In this document: positions 43,093 to 53,545 of the stretch, piece after piece | Layout of the letters: every line of letters begins with the position of its first letter | Position numbering within the stretch: the first letter of the stretch is position 1 | DNA from: Gemmatimonadota bacterium | GTDB taxonomy: Bacteria; Latescibacterota; UBA2968 | DNA length: 64,000 bases | Assembly: GCA_026706845.1 (NCBI GenBank) | Contig: JAPOXY010000082.1 | Location: 15,779-79,778, forward strand | Direction: 5' to 3' | Position numbers and translations under genes: made by a program | Notes under the pieces: generated by a model | The model's database searches: none | Seen by the model: the letters and a program-made list of their open reading frames with translations, nothing else | What the model was told of the DNA's origin: nothing

Positions 43093-45537
43093 TCACTTCC
43101 TACTTCTTCTTCTCGACCTTCTCCTATTCGTCGCCGGATTTTCCGCAATAATTTTTTTGCAAGCCGCCTGTGTCAAAGACGACGCCTCCACGCCCTTTGG
43201 AATGCGGTAATTATTACCATTGTGTTTGATATAAGGACCGTAGCGCCCGGCGAGAACCTGAATCCCGTCAAAATCGTGAATCACCTGTTGCGACTGCCTG
43301 CCGCCCGCTCCGCCCTGCATAAATTTTTCGAGCGTCTCGCGGTCTAATGTCGCCGCATCCGTCCCTCTGGGAATCCTGTAATTCTTGCCATCTTTGCGAA
43401 TATAAGGACCATACCGCCCATTGAGCACCTGGAAATCGCCAAAATCGCGAATCACATTTTTGGCTTTGCGATCTTCCTCGGCAGCCGCGATCTCCAACGC
43501 GCGATCCAGCGTCACCCCAAACAGATCCTCTCCCTCTGGCAGGGAGAAAAAGTTGCGACCTATTCGCACATAGGGACCATACCGGCCAGTATTGACCTGC
43601 ACCTCATCACCCGCATCATTTTGCCCGAGTTTGCGGGGCAATTCAAAACACTTGAGAGCATCGGCCAATTCAATATCAAAAATACTCTGATTGGGAGGCA
43701 AAGATGCAAACAGAGGCTTTTCCTCTTCACCTGCACCACCAACTTGAACATAGGGACCGTAATTGCCAAAACTCACACTCACCTCGCGCCCCGTATTGGG
43801 ATCTTTGCCCAACTTGCGCCCAATTTTACCAACTGACTTCTTGTCTTCCACCCGCTTATTAAACGGCGGATAAAAAGCCTCCAACATCGCCTTCCACGAA
43901 TTTTTCCCCTGTGCAATCTCGTCAAAATCGTCTTCGAGATGCGATGTAAAACGCAAATCGACAATATCGGGAAAATGCGCCATCAAAAAATCGTTCACCA
44001 CCTCGCCGATATCTGTGGGTTTGAGCTTCTTATCTCGCGTGCGTTCCACATACTCCCGGCTCTGAATCGTCGAAATCGTCGGTGAATAAGTCGAGGGACG
44101 CCCAATACCCTCGCCCTCGAGCTTCTTCACCAGCGAAGCCTCTGTATAACGCGCGGGCGGCCTGGTAAACAACTGCTCCAAATGCAACTTCTCCAAATTG
44201 AGCACCTGTCCCTTTATAACCCTGGGCAAAATCACATCTTTATCACTGATATTGGCCTCTGGATCATCTGACCCCTCGGCATAAACCCTCAAAAATCCAG
44301 GGAATAAAACGCGCTGCCCCTTTGCCTCAAAAATCAATTCACCCGCTTCACCTGCCCGAATGCGAATCGTCGTATATGCAATACGCGCATCGGCCATCTG
44401 CGTCGCCAACGTGCGCTTCCAGATCAAATCGTAAAGCCGAAATTGTCGGGGATCGAGATGGGTCCTGACGCTATTGGGTTTAATCGACAAATCCGCCGGA
44501 CGAATTGCCTCGTGCGCTTCTTGCGCCCCCCTGGTTCTATTGGCAAATCGGCGGGGCTTTTCCACGGTGTAATCCCGGCCAAACTCCTGAGCAATCACCT
44601 CCCGCGCCTGATTCACCGCCTGCTCGGCCAAACTCACCGAATCGGTACGCATATACGTAATCAAACCGCCGGTATATCCGGGAATTTCAAAATTGCCCTC
44701 GTAAAGCTGTTGTGCAACCCGCATCGTCTGCGACACGGAAAAACTTAGTTTGCGAGACGCCTCTTGTTGCAGCGTCGATGTCGTAAACGGAGGCACGGGC
44801 CGCCGCACACCCTCGCGCTCGACCACCTCTGCCACGACAAATTGCCCCTTCAGCGCGCTCGCTTCAATAGCTCTGGCCTCGGCTTCATTTTTCACAGACG
44901 CTTTTTTCCCATTCTGCCGCGTCAATTCAGCCTGAAATTTGGGATCCTTAAAATCGGATTTAATTCTCCAATATTCCTCTGGCTTAAACGCCCGAATTTC
45001 CCGCTCCCGATCAACGATAATCCGCACCGCCACACTCTGCACGCGTCCGGCTGACAATCCCCCCTTTACCTTTCGCCACAACAAAGGCGACAACTCATAT
45101 CCCACAGCGCGGTCCAAAATGCGACGCGCCTGTTGTGCATCCACCAAATTTTGATCCAGTTCGCGCGGATTTTCAAGCGCGTGCAAAACCGCAGACCGGG
45201 TAATCTCGTGAAACACAATCCGCTTAATGGGCTGATTCTTAAGCCCCAGCGCGAAAATCAGATGCCACGAAATAGATTCTCCTTCGCGGTCTTCATCCGT
45301 CGCCAAATATACAGTCGTATCTTTTTTAATATCCTTCTTCAGTGCCTGAATCACACTGCGCTTGTCTTGTGACACCACGTATTTGGGATCAAAACTTTCC
45401 ACATCAAAGCCCAATTCGCGTGCGGGAAGATCGCGCACATGCCCCATAGAAGCAGCGACTTTGTAGTCCTTGCCCACAAATCGAGAAATTGTGCGTGCCT
45501 TAGCAGGTGATTCGACAATAATCAAATTTTTTGCCAT
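43093..45537 (-). CDS. topA: DNA topoisomerase I
   Basis: MAKNLIIVESPAKARTISRFVGKDYKVAASMGHVRDLP Toprim N-terminus; catalytic core. C-terminus has three GRYGPY-type repeat modules. Confidence 0.95.
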   Translation of the reverse strand: MAKNLIIVESPAKARTISRFVGKDYKVAASMGHVRDLPARELGFDVESFDPKYVVSQDKRSVIQALKKDIKKDTTVYLATDEDREGESISWHLIFALGLKNQPIKRIVFHEITRSAVLHALENPRELDQNLVDAQQARRILDRAVGYELSPLLWRKVKGGLSAGRVQSVAVRIIVDREREIRAFKPEEYWRIKSDFKDPKFQAELTRQNGKKASVKNEAEARAIEASALKGQFVVAEVVEREGVRRPVPPFTTSTLQQEASRKLSFSVSQTMRVAQQLYEGNFEIPGYTGGLITYMRTDSVSLAEQAVNQAREVIAQEFGRDYTVEKPRRFANRTRGAQEAHEAIRPADLSIKPNSVRTHLDPRQFRLYDLIWKRTLATQMADARIAYTTIRIRAGEAGELIFEAKGQRVLFPGFLRVYAEGSDDPEANISDKDVILPRVIKGQVLNLEKLHLEQLFTRPPARYTEASLVKKLEGEGIGRPSTYSPTISTIQSREYVERTRDKKLKPTDIGEVVNDFLMAHFPDIVDLRFTSHLEDDFDEIAQGKNSWKAMLEAFYPPFNKRVEDKKSVGKIGRKLGKDPNTGREVSVSFGNYGPYVQVGGAGEEEKPLFASLPPNQSIFDIELADALKCFELPRKLGQNDAGDEVQVNTGRYGPYVRIGRNFFSLPEGEDLFGVTLDRALEIAAAEEDRKAKNVIRDFGDFQVLNGRYGPYIRKDGKNYRIPRGTDAATLDRETLEKFMQGGAGGRQSQQVIHDFDGIQVLAGRYGPYIKHNGNNYRIPKGVEASSLTQAACKKIIAENPATNRRRSRRRSRK

Positions 45538-45627
45538 CAAAACATCCTTTATCATTCAGGGTAGGGGCGACGCTCCTGTATTCGCCCATTACAATCCAGA
45601 AAAAAATACGCGCACCAATTACAAAAG

Positions 45628-47688
45628 TCAAGGTCGCGTCCCGCGGCTCGTACGCGCAGACTGTGCAATGAGCATCTCTGCGCCCATCGCCATCAAAGCT
45701 GCCAACAACACCCATCGCCAGAGCTCCTGACCGTGCCTCTGAGAAAGGACAGCCTCCTTCAAATCGGCCTCGCCATCTACAACGCGCAAGCGACCTTTAC
45801 CAAAAAGTGCCTCGAGTCGCGCCATCGGAACCGGAGTCAAATCGGGTTCGCGCTCATCAACCTGAACGGCAAAGCGATCAGAGACGCGCTCGCGCGCAAA
45901 AATCTCCCACAACCCCGGCACATCCACTGCGCCAACCGGCCACACCGATTGCAAGCCGCGTTGTTGAGGCCAAATTGTTCTGGGTTCTCCACCTGGCGCC
46001 TGCAAAACAGCTTCAGAAACATTTTCCCGTCGGATATCTCTGTACACGACCTGACCGACGCGATAGTCAGATCGACCAAATGCCCCGGCCGCCAGATATC
46101 CACTCAGGCGATGCACAAATGGAACAAAAAAGCCGGAAAGCGGCGCGTCATTCCATCCCAAGTTCGCGCTCACCGAAGACGCAAACAGCACGATGCGCCC
46201 ATTGCCTTTGCGAGACTCGAGAAGCGCGGGTGTCCCCGAAGCAAAGGACAACACAGGACGTGCATTTGCCGCGGGCAAAACCCGATAAGAAACAAAAAAA
46301 CGCGGGCTTTGAAACGCCCCTTTGAGTTCCAGGCCCGATAGCATGGGATGATCGGGCAAAACCGTCTGCAAAGCCTGATAAGCACCCGACAACGCGCCCC
46401 GCGTACCGAGCAATTTGGCCGGAAAAAGCGCGGGTAACACCTGCGCATTATAATATCGGACATCTATTTGATCCCCCAGGAAAATAGCCAGACCAACCCC
46501 GCGTGATATCCGATTTTGCAAAGCGGCAATCGCACCTGTAGAAAGCCGCGCAACATTGCACAAAAAAACCACATCGATATCTTCCAACACCTGATCTGAT
46601 ACGCGTTCGGGTGTAACATGCACCACCTCGCTTGAAACAACGGATAATGCCTCTGCGAGATAATAAGACTCGTGGGATGCCTGACCCACCAGCAAAATGC
46701 GAACGCGCTCTGGAATGCGCAACACTGTCACGCGTTTGTTGTCTGCCTCGAGAGCATCTGCCCCTATTTCCACGCGCAGGGCAACATCCCCCCCTGTTTT
46801 GGGCACAAGCGACGTATGCAATTTGCGACGCCCGCCCGCAGGAACAGGGGCAATATCCTGGCCAATGCGCCGGCCATCCAAAAATATCTGCACAGGCACA
46901 TCGCCTCGATTTGCCACGCCATAATTGATCAATTCGATTGCCAGCGTAATTGAACGCCCGACCTCTGGAGAAGTAGTATTGATCTGCCCAATACCGATAT
47001 TGGCAACTTGCGAAGGCCGCTCGGAGATGATGCACACCGATACATCGTCCAAATTGGACAGTGTATCGGGCAAATTCGTCCACCCATTATATGCGCGATC
47101 CGTTACAAAATACAACTCGCGATTGGGCATCTGTGACCCGGACAAATGCGACAAAGCCAATTGCAATCCCGCCTCAAAATCTGTACTGCCAAATCCGGGT
47201 TGCAGCGTATCCATAAACAACCGCAACCGCTCTGGCGAAGTCACATCGACCTCCTCGACACCCTTGTCTATCAGTGCCAAACGCACATCGTCGCGCTCAT
47301 CAAACAGGGCCAACAGAGCCTGCACCTTGCGAAGCGCGCGCTCAAACAACGTACCTTCTGCTGTGCGGTATTGCATACTCAACGAACGATCGAGCAAAAT
47401 AACCGCCGATGTCCCCGCATCGCCCACCTGCCCGCTGCCCCCACTCAAAGTCGGACGCGCGAAAGCCAGCACAAGCAAAACAATGAGCAGGGTTCGCAAA
47501 ATGAGCAACGCGAGATGCTTGAATTTTAGCCGTCGCATGCGGTCGTGCTGGAGTTTTTGCAAAAGCGCCACATTTGAAAACGACACAGTTACTGCACGGC
47601 GCCGATTCAGCAAATGAATCACAAGCGGCAAAAATGCCGCCCACAAACCGTGCAACAACATTGGATTTGTAAATGAAAGACCGAACAT
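45628..47688 (-). CDS. BatA-like protein: aerotolerance-regulator N-terminal double-TM domain + von Willebrand A domain, C-terminal TM
   Basis: MFGLSFTNPMLLHGLWAAFLPLVIHLLNRRR..; VWA MIDAS region AVILLDRSLSM; C-terminal hydrophobic helix. Confidence 0.7.
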   Translation of the reverse strand: MFGLSFTNPMLLHGLWAAFLPLVIHLLNRRRAVTVSFSNVALLQKLQHDRMRRLKFKHLALLILRTLLIVLLVLAFARPTLSGGSGQVGDAGTSAVILLDRSLSMQYRTAEGTLFERALRKVQALLALFDERDDVRLALIDKGVEEVDVTSPERLRLFMDTLQPGFGSTDFEAGLQLALSHLSGSQMPNRELYFVTDRAYNGWTNLPDTLSNLDDVSVCIISERPSQVANIGIGQINTTSPEVGRSITLAIELINYGVANRGDVPVQIFLDGRRIGQDIAPVPAGGRRKLHTSLVPKTGGDVALRVEIGADALEADNKRVTVLRIPERVRILLVGQASHESYYLAEALSVVSSEVVHVTPERVSDQVLEDIDVVFLCNVARLSTGAIAALQNRISRGVGLAIFLGDQIDVRYYNAQVLPALFPAKLLGTRGALSGAYQALQTVLPDHPMLSGLELKGAFQSPRFFVSYRVLPAANARPVLSFASGTPALLESRKGNGRIVLFASSVSANLGWNDAPLSGFFVPFVHRLSGYLAAGAFGRSDYRVGQVVYRDIRRENVSEAVLQAPGGEPRTIWPQQRGLQSVWPVGAVDVPGLWEIFARERVSDRFAVQVDEREPDLTPVPMARLEALFGKGRLRVVDGEADLKEAVLSQRHGQELWRWVLLAALMAMGAEMLIAQSARTSRGTRP

Positions 47689-47701
47689 GAGAAAAGCTCA
47701 A

Positions 47702-47731
47702 ACAAAAAAACCTGCTTCACAGCAAAGCAGG
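47702..47731 (-). terminator. rho-independent terminator downstream of ptsN
   Basis: Minus strand reads CCTGCTTtgctgtgAAGCAGG followed by ttttttt. Confidence 0.7.
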
Positions 47732-47757
47732 CAACGGGTTAAATCTTATGACATTTA

Positions 47758-48219
47758 TTAGTTTTTCTTATCTTCTGCCTCAATAATCGCCAGAGCCTCC
47801 TCGCGATTTCTAATGCCAATCAAACGCTGTCTAAAATCCTCCCCTTTGAGCACTCTTGATATCCGCGCTAAAGCTTTAATATGCGGTCCCGAGACATCCA
47901 GAGGCGAGACCAGAAGAAAAAAAATGTAGGTCTTTTTGCCATCTAAAGCATTAAAATTAATACCTTCCGACTTGATGCCCAGCACACCGCCCAGTGTCGT
48001 GGCATATTCCGACTTCCCATGGGGAATGGCAATACCGTGCCCAATACCCGTACTCATAATATCTTCGCGCTCTAAAACCGCCTGGAGCACCTTATCGCGG
48101 TCAGTAATTTTATCGCCTACCTCGAGTTCATTAACAAGCTCTTCGAGAATTTCCCGCTTGTTTTGCCCCTTAAGCCCGATAATGATCGATTTGCCCGACA
48201 GAATCTCCATCAACGTCAT
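47758..48219 (-). CDS. ptsN: PTS EIIA(Ntr)/fructose-type IIA domain protein
   Basis: 153 aa; GIGHGIAIPHGK active-site His loop; visibly lower GC than the neighbours. Confidence 0.85.
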   Translation of the reverse strand: MTLMEILSGKSIIIGLKGQNKREILEELVNELEVGDKITDRDKVLQAVLEREDIMSTGIGHGIAIPHGKSEYATTLGGVLGIKSEGINFNALDGKKTYIFFLLVSPLDVSGPHIKALARISRVLKGEDFRQRLIGIRNREEALAIIEAEDKKN

Positions 48220-48466
48220 AAATGCCCTTTCATTCGAGTGAGAGCATAGACATCCCTGCCTGCGCGCCTATCCGCACACATCGCGTTTAGACGGAAAATA
48301 AAACGCCCCTTCAACTAAGTCAAGAAAATTAGATATATTTATACCTGTGCAACCTCATAAGTCGCAAAAGTCATTGAGAAATTCGACAAAAGTGTTTAAC
48401 GTTTAAACGAAACCGAAAATCCAAACAGGCGTGTAAAAACTGCCACGACACTATAAAGGATTATCC

Positions 48467-50770
48467 ATGCACAAATTTCTCTACTCGACCATTTATCTAC
48501 TCCTCATCAGTTTTGCAAGCACGGGATTCGCGCAAAACCGCGACCTCCGCGACGTCATCAACCAGTTGAAAGCAGATCTGGCTACCGCGTCTGATTCATC
48601 GGCGAACTACGCGCGCATGGGCCTGCTCTATTTGCGCCTTGAAGAAGCCGACAGTGCCGAAGCAGCCTTTCAAAATGCACTCGCCTTGCGTCCCGATCTC
48701 GCAATTGCCCACACGGGCCTGGGCCGCGTGTACCAAAACCTGCGCAACAAACCCGACCGCGCGCTGTCGCACTACGAAAAAGCGGTCGCCATCGACACCA
48801 CAGACGCCGATGCCCACGACCGCCTCATCAAAACCCTGCTCGCGCTTGAAGATACGGGAAGCCGCGCGCGAAAAGCAGCCTCCCAAACCATTGCGCGATT
48901 TCCCGACCTGTCTTCTTCCTATCTCCTGCTCGCCCGCGCACATCGCGAAGAAGGAAGCGCGCATCAAGTCGCGCTTTACTACTACAAAAAATACCTCGAG
49001 CGCAACCCCGAAGACCACGAAACCGCATACCAATTTGCCTACGCGCTATACGAAGCCAAAGAATACCGCGACCTCGAAGACATCACATCGCGCATGCGAG
49101 ACCCCCGCGCACTGCCATTACTCGCCCAGGCCCTCATACAAAGACGCGACCACGAAGGCGCACTGGCGACATTTCAACGCTATATTGAGACCCTGCCGAA
49201 AGAAGAACAGCCCCTCTATGACAATATCTCTTATATCGGCTCAAAAGCCGAAGCGCGCGCTTACCGACTCGCGTCTGCCTCAGACGACAAAACGCAACGC
49301 GAGCGTTTTCTCACACGCTTCTGGTTGCAAAAAGATCCCTTTAAAACCTCGGGAGGCGCACTGCGCAGAGCCGAACACTACCGCAGAGTATGGCATGCGC
49401 GAACCCATTTTGGCAGAAAGTGGCCGTGGGATCGCCGGGGAGAAATCTATATTCGATATGGAGAACCCGACTACATCTCCACCTCTCGAAAACTCAATGC
49501 CATCGTACCACTCGATGTACAGCGCCTTCAAGAACAAAAAGCGTATGCGATCTACGGCGATGCGGGCATTGAGGCAAACTTCGTCGGTCCCGTCTATCCG
49601 ATTCGCACCATGGAAGAAGGGGGCCTGGGTCGCGTGGGCAATATGGGCTTTACCGACTACCGCCCCGTCACAACGACCAGCGGCTGGACCTCTGTGCCCT
49701 GGGAAGTGTGGATATACAAAAACCTCGGACAGGGCGCAGAATTTACATTTACCGATGAATTTCTGGGCGGAAACTTCGACTTTGCCCCCGTCCCATCGCT
49801 GACCGAAGAAGACCTCGCCAATATCGAAGCCTCTGGGCGACCGTACATGAGCGTTTATCAGCGCCTCAACGAATTTAACCCCGCCACCCTCGCCCAGTCG
49901 CTCGCGGCAATAGAACCCGAATTGTACAGCCTAGAAGCGCTCGACCCCCTCGACTTTTACTTCGACGCCCTCACCTTTCGGGGACCGGAGAACAAAACCG
50001 AATTGCAGGTTATATTTGGCCTGCCTTTAGACAATGTGGCCCTGCTCACAGATCCGGACACCACTGTAATCGTCGAGCGACGCACCGCGCTTATCTACCC
50101 CCGCGCCCTCAATTATCAAAACACCAAAAGCGCATTGGCCATCGACATCACAGACGACCATCGCGGCCTCGGTTTACAAGCCCTCAGCAGCGTGCGCCAC
50201 ATCGCCGAACCCGGCGTATATGAACTGGCCGTCGAAGCATCGCGTCAAAACACCAACCGCATTGGCGCCTATCGCCAGGGCGAACTTCGCTTGCCCGCCT
50301 ATCACGACAAAAGCCATCTGATGATCAGCGACATCCAGGTCGCCTCTCGCATCATTGAAGCGGACCGCGCACCCGACACATCCTTTGTGCGCGGCAACCT
50401 CTACATTCAGCCACAGCCCTCGGCAACCTTTGTCCCCGGCATGTCCATGTACGTTTACTTTGAAATTTACAATCTCAAACGCGACGAATTTGGACAGACG
50501 CGCTACACCATCTCCTACGAAGTACAAAAACGCCAGGAAACCGGTTTCGCACTCGTCTCTCTCCTCGCCAAATTGGGCAAAAAAAATACCGAGGCCGTTG
50601 GCCTCAGCTTTGATCAAGTCGGTACAACTCCCGACGAAAACACCTATCTCGAAATGCCCCTCACCAACCTCGCGCCCGGACGCTACACCCTCAAACTCAG
50701 CATCACAGACAAAAACGCCGACCAGACCATCAAAAAAGACGCTGTCTTTTTTCTTACGGGCACCCGATAA
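48467..50770 (+). CDS. secreted TPR-repeat protein with GWxTPRS-type domain
   Basis: Signal peptide MHKFLYSTIYLLLISFASTGFA; several TPR units. FWLQKDPFKTSGGALRRAEHYRRVWHARTHFGRKWPWDRRGEIYIRYGEPD matches the GWxTPRS domain pattern (DP..P...EHY.R......F...GW.TDRG..YI.YG.PD). Confidence 0.7.
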   Translation: MHKFLYSTIYLLLISFASTGFAQNRDLRDVINQLKADLATASDSSANYARMGLLYLRLEEADSAEAAFQNALALRPDLAIAHTGLGRVYQNLRNKPDRALSHYEKAVAIDTTDADAHDRLIKTLLALEDTGSRARKAASQTIARFPDLSSSYLLLARAHREEGSAHQVALYYYKKYLERNPEDHETAYQFAYALYEAKEYRDLEDITSRMRDPRALPLLAQALIQRRDHEGALATFQRYIETLPKEEQPLYDNISYIGSKAEARAYRLASASDDKTQRERFLTRFWLQKDPFKTSGGALRRAEHYRRVWHARTHFGRKWPWDRRGEIYIRYGEPDYISTSRKLNAIVPLDVQRLQEQKAYAIYGDAGIEANFVGPVYPIRTMEEGGLGRVGNMGFTDYRPVTTTSGWTSVPWEVWIYKNLGQGAEFTFTDEFLGGNFDFAPVPSLTEEDLANIEASGRPYMSVYQRLNEFNPATLAQSLAAIEPELYSLEALDPLDFYFDALTFRGPENKTELQVIFGLPLDNVALLTDPDTTVIVERRTALIYPRALNYQNTKSALAIDITDDHRGLGLQALSSVRHIAEPGVYELAVEASRQNTNRIGAYRQGELRLPAYHDKSHLMISDIQVASRIIEADRAPDTSFVRGNLYIQPQPSATFVPGMSMYVYFEIYNLKRDEFGQTRYTISYEVQKRQETGFALVSLLAKLGKKNTEAVGLSFDQVGTTPDENTYLEMPLTNLAPGRYTLKLSITDKNADQTIKKDAVFFLTGTR

Positions 50771-50773
50771 TTC

Positions 50774-51304
50774 TCACCCCGTTCTAATCACATACGTCTC
50801 TGCTACCCGATCGTGGATCCCCTGACCATCGGGATGGCGCCGCGCCATGTGAATCAACACCACCCAGACCACCGTACCGATCACCATTGCGGTCGAAGAA
50901 ACCGCAGCCGATTGTCCATCAACTTCAACGGTATCCATCACTTCTCCATCCGCGGGATTCTGGTACAACTCCTCTGGCGTCAACAGAGCCATCACAATAA
51001 ACAGCACAAAAACCGGTGCCCACTTCACCACTGCACGCTGAAACGTCTGCCCATAATTCAACCCACCACCCTGTGCATCAATCACGCGCAATCCCAACAA
51101 CATCTTCCCCGGCGTCTGGCCCATAACCCCCACAAATATCGCGGAATACACCACAATAAAAATAAAATCCACCATCCAAACGCCCGCAGGCGACAGCAGC
51201 ATATTGCGCAGAACCACCGTCAGCACCAGGTGCAAAATCAAAAAATCCAGCACCGTTGCCAACAGACGCCGTCCTACTCCAGCGATTTCACTTTGCATCA
51301 ACAT
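50774..51304 (-). CDS. RDD family membrane protein
   Basis: LLATVLDFLILHLVLTVV..MLLGLRVID pattern with 3 TM segments. Confidence 0.7.
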   Translation of the reverse strand: MLMQSEIAGVGRRLLATVLDFLILHLVLTVVLRNMLLSPAGVWMVDFIFIVVYSAIFVGVMGQTPGKMLLGLRVIDAQGGGLNYGQTFQRAVVKWAPVFVLFIVMALLTPEELYQNPADGEVMDTVEVDGQSAAVSSTAMVIGTVVWVVLIHMARRHPDGQGIHDRVAETYVIRTG

Positions 51305-51351
51305 ATCTTCACCTTATTATTATGAATGTAACTAAAAACTCAGGAGATAAC

Positions 51352-52644
51352 ATGGACCATATCTTTGACGCACAGGGCATACGACGTGCCGTTCTCGTTG
51401 GGGTGGCGCAACGCGGTATCTCCACACGCAGCGCCAGAGAATCTCTCGAAGAACTCGCCCACCTGGCCAGTACTGCCACCTTTGAGGTAATTGATCGCAC
51501 ATTACAAAATCGCGACAAACCCGATCCAGCCACCTATATCGGTTCGGGCAAAATCGACGAACTTCGAGAAATGGCCCAAAAGAGAAATATCGACGCGGTC
51601 ATCTTTGACAATGACCTTTCGCCCTCGCAAATGCGCAACCTCGAAACCGACATTGGGGTGCGCATCCTCGACCGCAGCCTGCTCATTCTCGATATTTTTG
51701 CTTTACACGCACGCACACGCACCGCACAAATTCAAGTGCAAATGGCCCACCTGCGTTATTTGCGCCCCCGCATTCGCCAGTTTAATCCCCACGCAGAACG
51801 TCGCGCAGGCCTCGGATCGGGTGAAACACACACCGAAACCACCCGCAGGTGGATCGAACAGCGCGGAAAGTCCCTCTACGACAGCCTCAAACGCGTGAGA
51901 CGTCAAATGGACACAAGCCGCAAAGGGCGCGGCCATAGTTTTAACGTTGTGCTCGTTGGCTATACCAACGCGGGAAAATCCACGCTTATGCGCGGGCTTT
52001 CGGGTGAAAATGTCCTGGTCGAAAATCAGCTTTTTGCCACTTTGACCAACACCACGCGCAGCGTCGATGTCCAAAGCCATCGCCCCATCTTGCTCACCGA
52101 CACCGTCGGCTTTATCAACCGCTTACCGCACCACCTCTTTGCCTGCTTTCGCGCCACATTACAAGAAGCCGTACAGGCAGACCTGCTCCTTCACGTTGTC
52201 GATGCCAGCCATTCGCAATACAAAATGCAAATGATCACAGTCAGCGAAGTCCTCACAAAACTCAAAATCGATGACAAACCCGTCCTGACTGTCTATAACA
52301 AAATGGACCTCGCGGATTCTGAACGACAAAAAGAAATTGCAAAACGCTGCGCAAAAAATCCCAATACGCTTGCAATTTCTGCGCTCGACGTCGCCAATCT
52401 CGACGCGGTCAAAAATCGGATATGTGATTTCTTGGCTGCCGATGCAGTCACCCTAAAACTCCATGTGCCACAAAGTGAAGGCAAACTCCTCTCACAACTT
52501 TACACCCACAGCGAAATACTGACCCTGGATTATGAGGGCAACGACGTACACCTGCGCATTCGCCTCAATTCCAATCATGCCGAGCGCCTGCAACTGGACC
52601 GCTTCCTGTCTGCAAACCACACACAAGCAGATGCACTCGCTTAA
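51352..52644 (+). CDS. hflX: GTPase HflX
   Basis: AGGAGA RBS; N-terminal HflX domain, G-domain GYTNAGKSTL, DTVGF, NKMD. Confidence 0.9.
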   Translation: MDHIFDAQGIRRAVLVGVAQRGISTRSARESLEELAHLASTATFEVIDRTLQNRDKPDPATYIGSGKIDELREMAQKRNIDAVIFDNDLSPSQMRNLETDIGVRILDRSLLILDIFALHARTRTAQIQVQMAHLRYLRPRIRQFNPHAERRAGLGSGETHTETTRRWIEQRGKSLYDSLKRVRRQMDTSRKGRGHSFNVVLVGYTNAGKSTLMRGLSGENVLVENQLFATLTNTTRSVDVQSHRPILLTDTVGFINRLPHHLFACFRATLQEAVQADLLLHVVDASHSQYKMQMITVSEVLTKLKIDDKPVLTVYNKMDLADSERQKEIAKRCAKNPNTLAISALDVANLDAVKNRICDFLAADAVTLKLHVPQSEGKLLSQLYTHSEILTLDYEGNDVHLRIRLNSNHAERLQLDRFLSANHTQADALA

Positions 52645-53420
52645 TCACTTCTCGCAATCAACGCTCTCGTCGTTGCAACGACAAGCCGCCTGGGCAATAA
52701 GCGCACAGTAAAAGCCAGTATCTTACTCATCAACCCGTGAATAGCCACGCGCTTTCCCTTTTGCATAGCCCTGTACCCATATTTCGCCACATCGGCCCCC
52801 GTGGGCAATCCGCGCATATCAAACAAACGCGAACCCGTTGCACCTGCAGCGCGTTGAAAACCCGTCTCCGTCGCCCCTGGACACAGCGCAGTCACGCTCA
52901 CACCCGTACCCTTTAACTCATTGGCAATCGCATCTGAAAACGACAACACATACGCCTTAGTTGCAAAATACACAGCCATCCTCGGACCGGGTTGAAACGC
53001 CGCAGTCGAAGCCACATTCAAAATTCTTCCCCGACCTCTATCAATCAAACCAGGCAAAAACAACTTGGTCAAATGCGTCAAAGCGACAATATTCACCTGC
53101 AACATATCCGCTTCGGCCAACCAATCTGTCTCCGCATAAAAACCATAAACCCCAAACCCGGCATTATTCACCAGATAATCCACATCCCATCCCAATTCCA
53201 CGACCCTATCATAAACCTTCTTCTCCTCGCCCGGCACCGACAAATCGGCCACAATCACCTCGGCTCTCACACCATACTTCTCCCGTACCTCTCCTGCCAG
53301 GTCGTGCAACTTATCCTCGGACCGCGCCGACAAAATCACATCAACTCCATCAGCCGCAAACACCTGCGCCAATTCCAAACCAATACCACTCGACGCGCCC
53401 GTAATCAGTGCTATTGCCAT
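52641..53420 (-). CDS. SDR family oxidoreductase
   Basis: MAIALITGASSGIGLELA..NNAG..YFATKAY (TGxxxGxG, NNAG, YxxxK). Confidence 0.8.
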   Translation of the reverse strand: MAIALITGASSGIGLELAQVFAADGVDVILSARSEDKLHDLAGEVREKYGVRAEVIVADLSVPGEEKKVYDRVVELGWDVDYLVNNAGFGVYGFYAETDWLAEADMLQVNIVALTHLTKLFLPGLIDRGRGRILNVASTAAFQPGPRMAVYFATKAYVLSFSDAIANELKGTGVSVTALCPGATETGFQRAAGATGSRLFDMRGLPTGADVAKYGYRAMQKGKRVAIHGLMSKILAFTVRLLPRRLVVATTRALIARSD

Positions 53421-53545
53421 AAAACCCGTCTCCTTTTACCTCAATATGCAAAAAAAATCGCGCAATTGCGAACCTAATTATCTGCTTTACAGGTCCATCA
53501 ATTATAACTATTCTTGTTTCCCATCCCACAATCACCGAGGCAACC

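Noticed and set aside
43093-43400. Repeated GRYGPY modules at the topA 3' end as a repeat or mobile feature
   Set aside because: These are the ordinary C-terminal repeat domains of bacterial topoisomerase I: in frame, protein-level repeats with divergent DNA.
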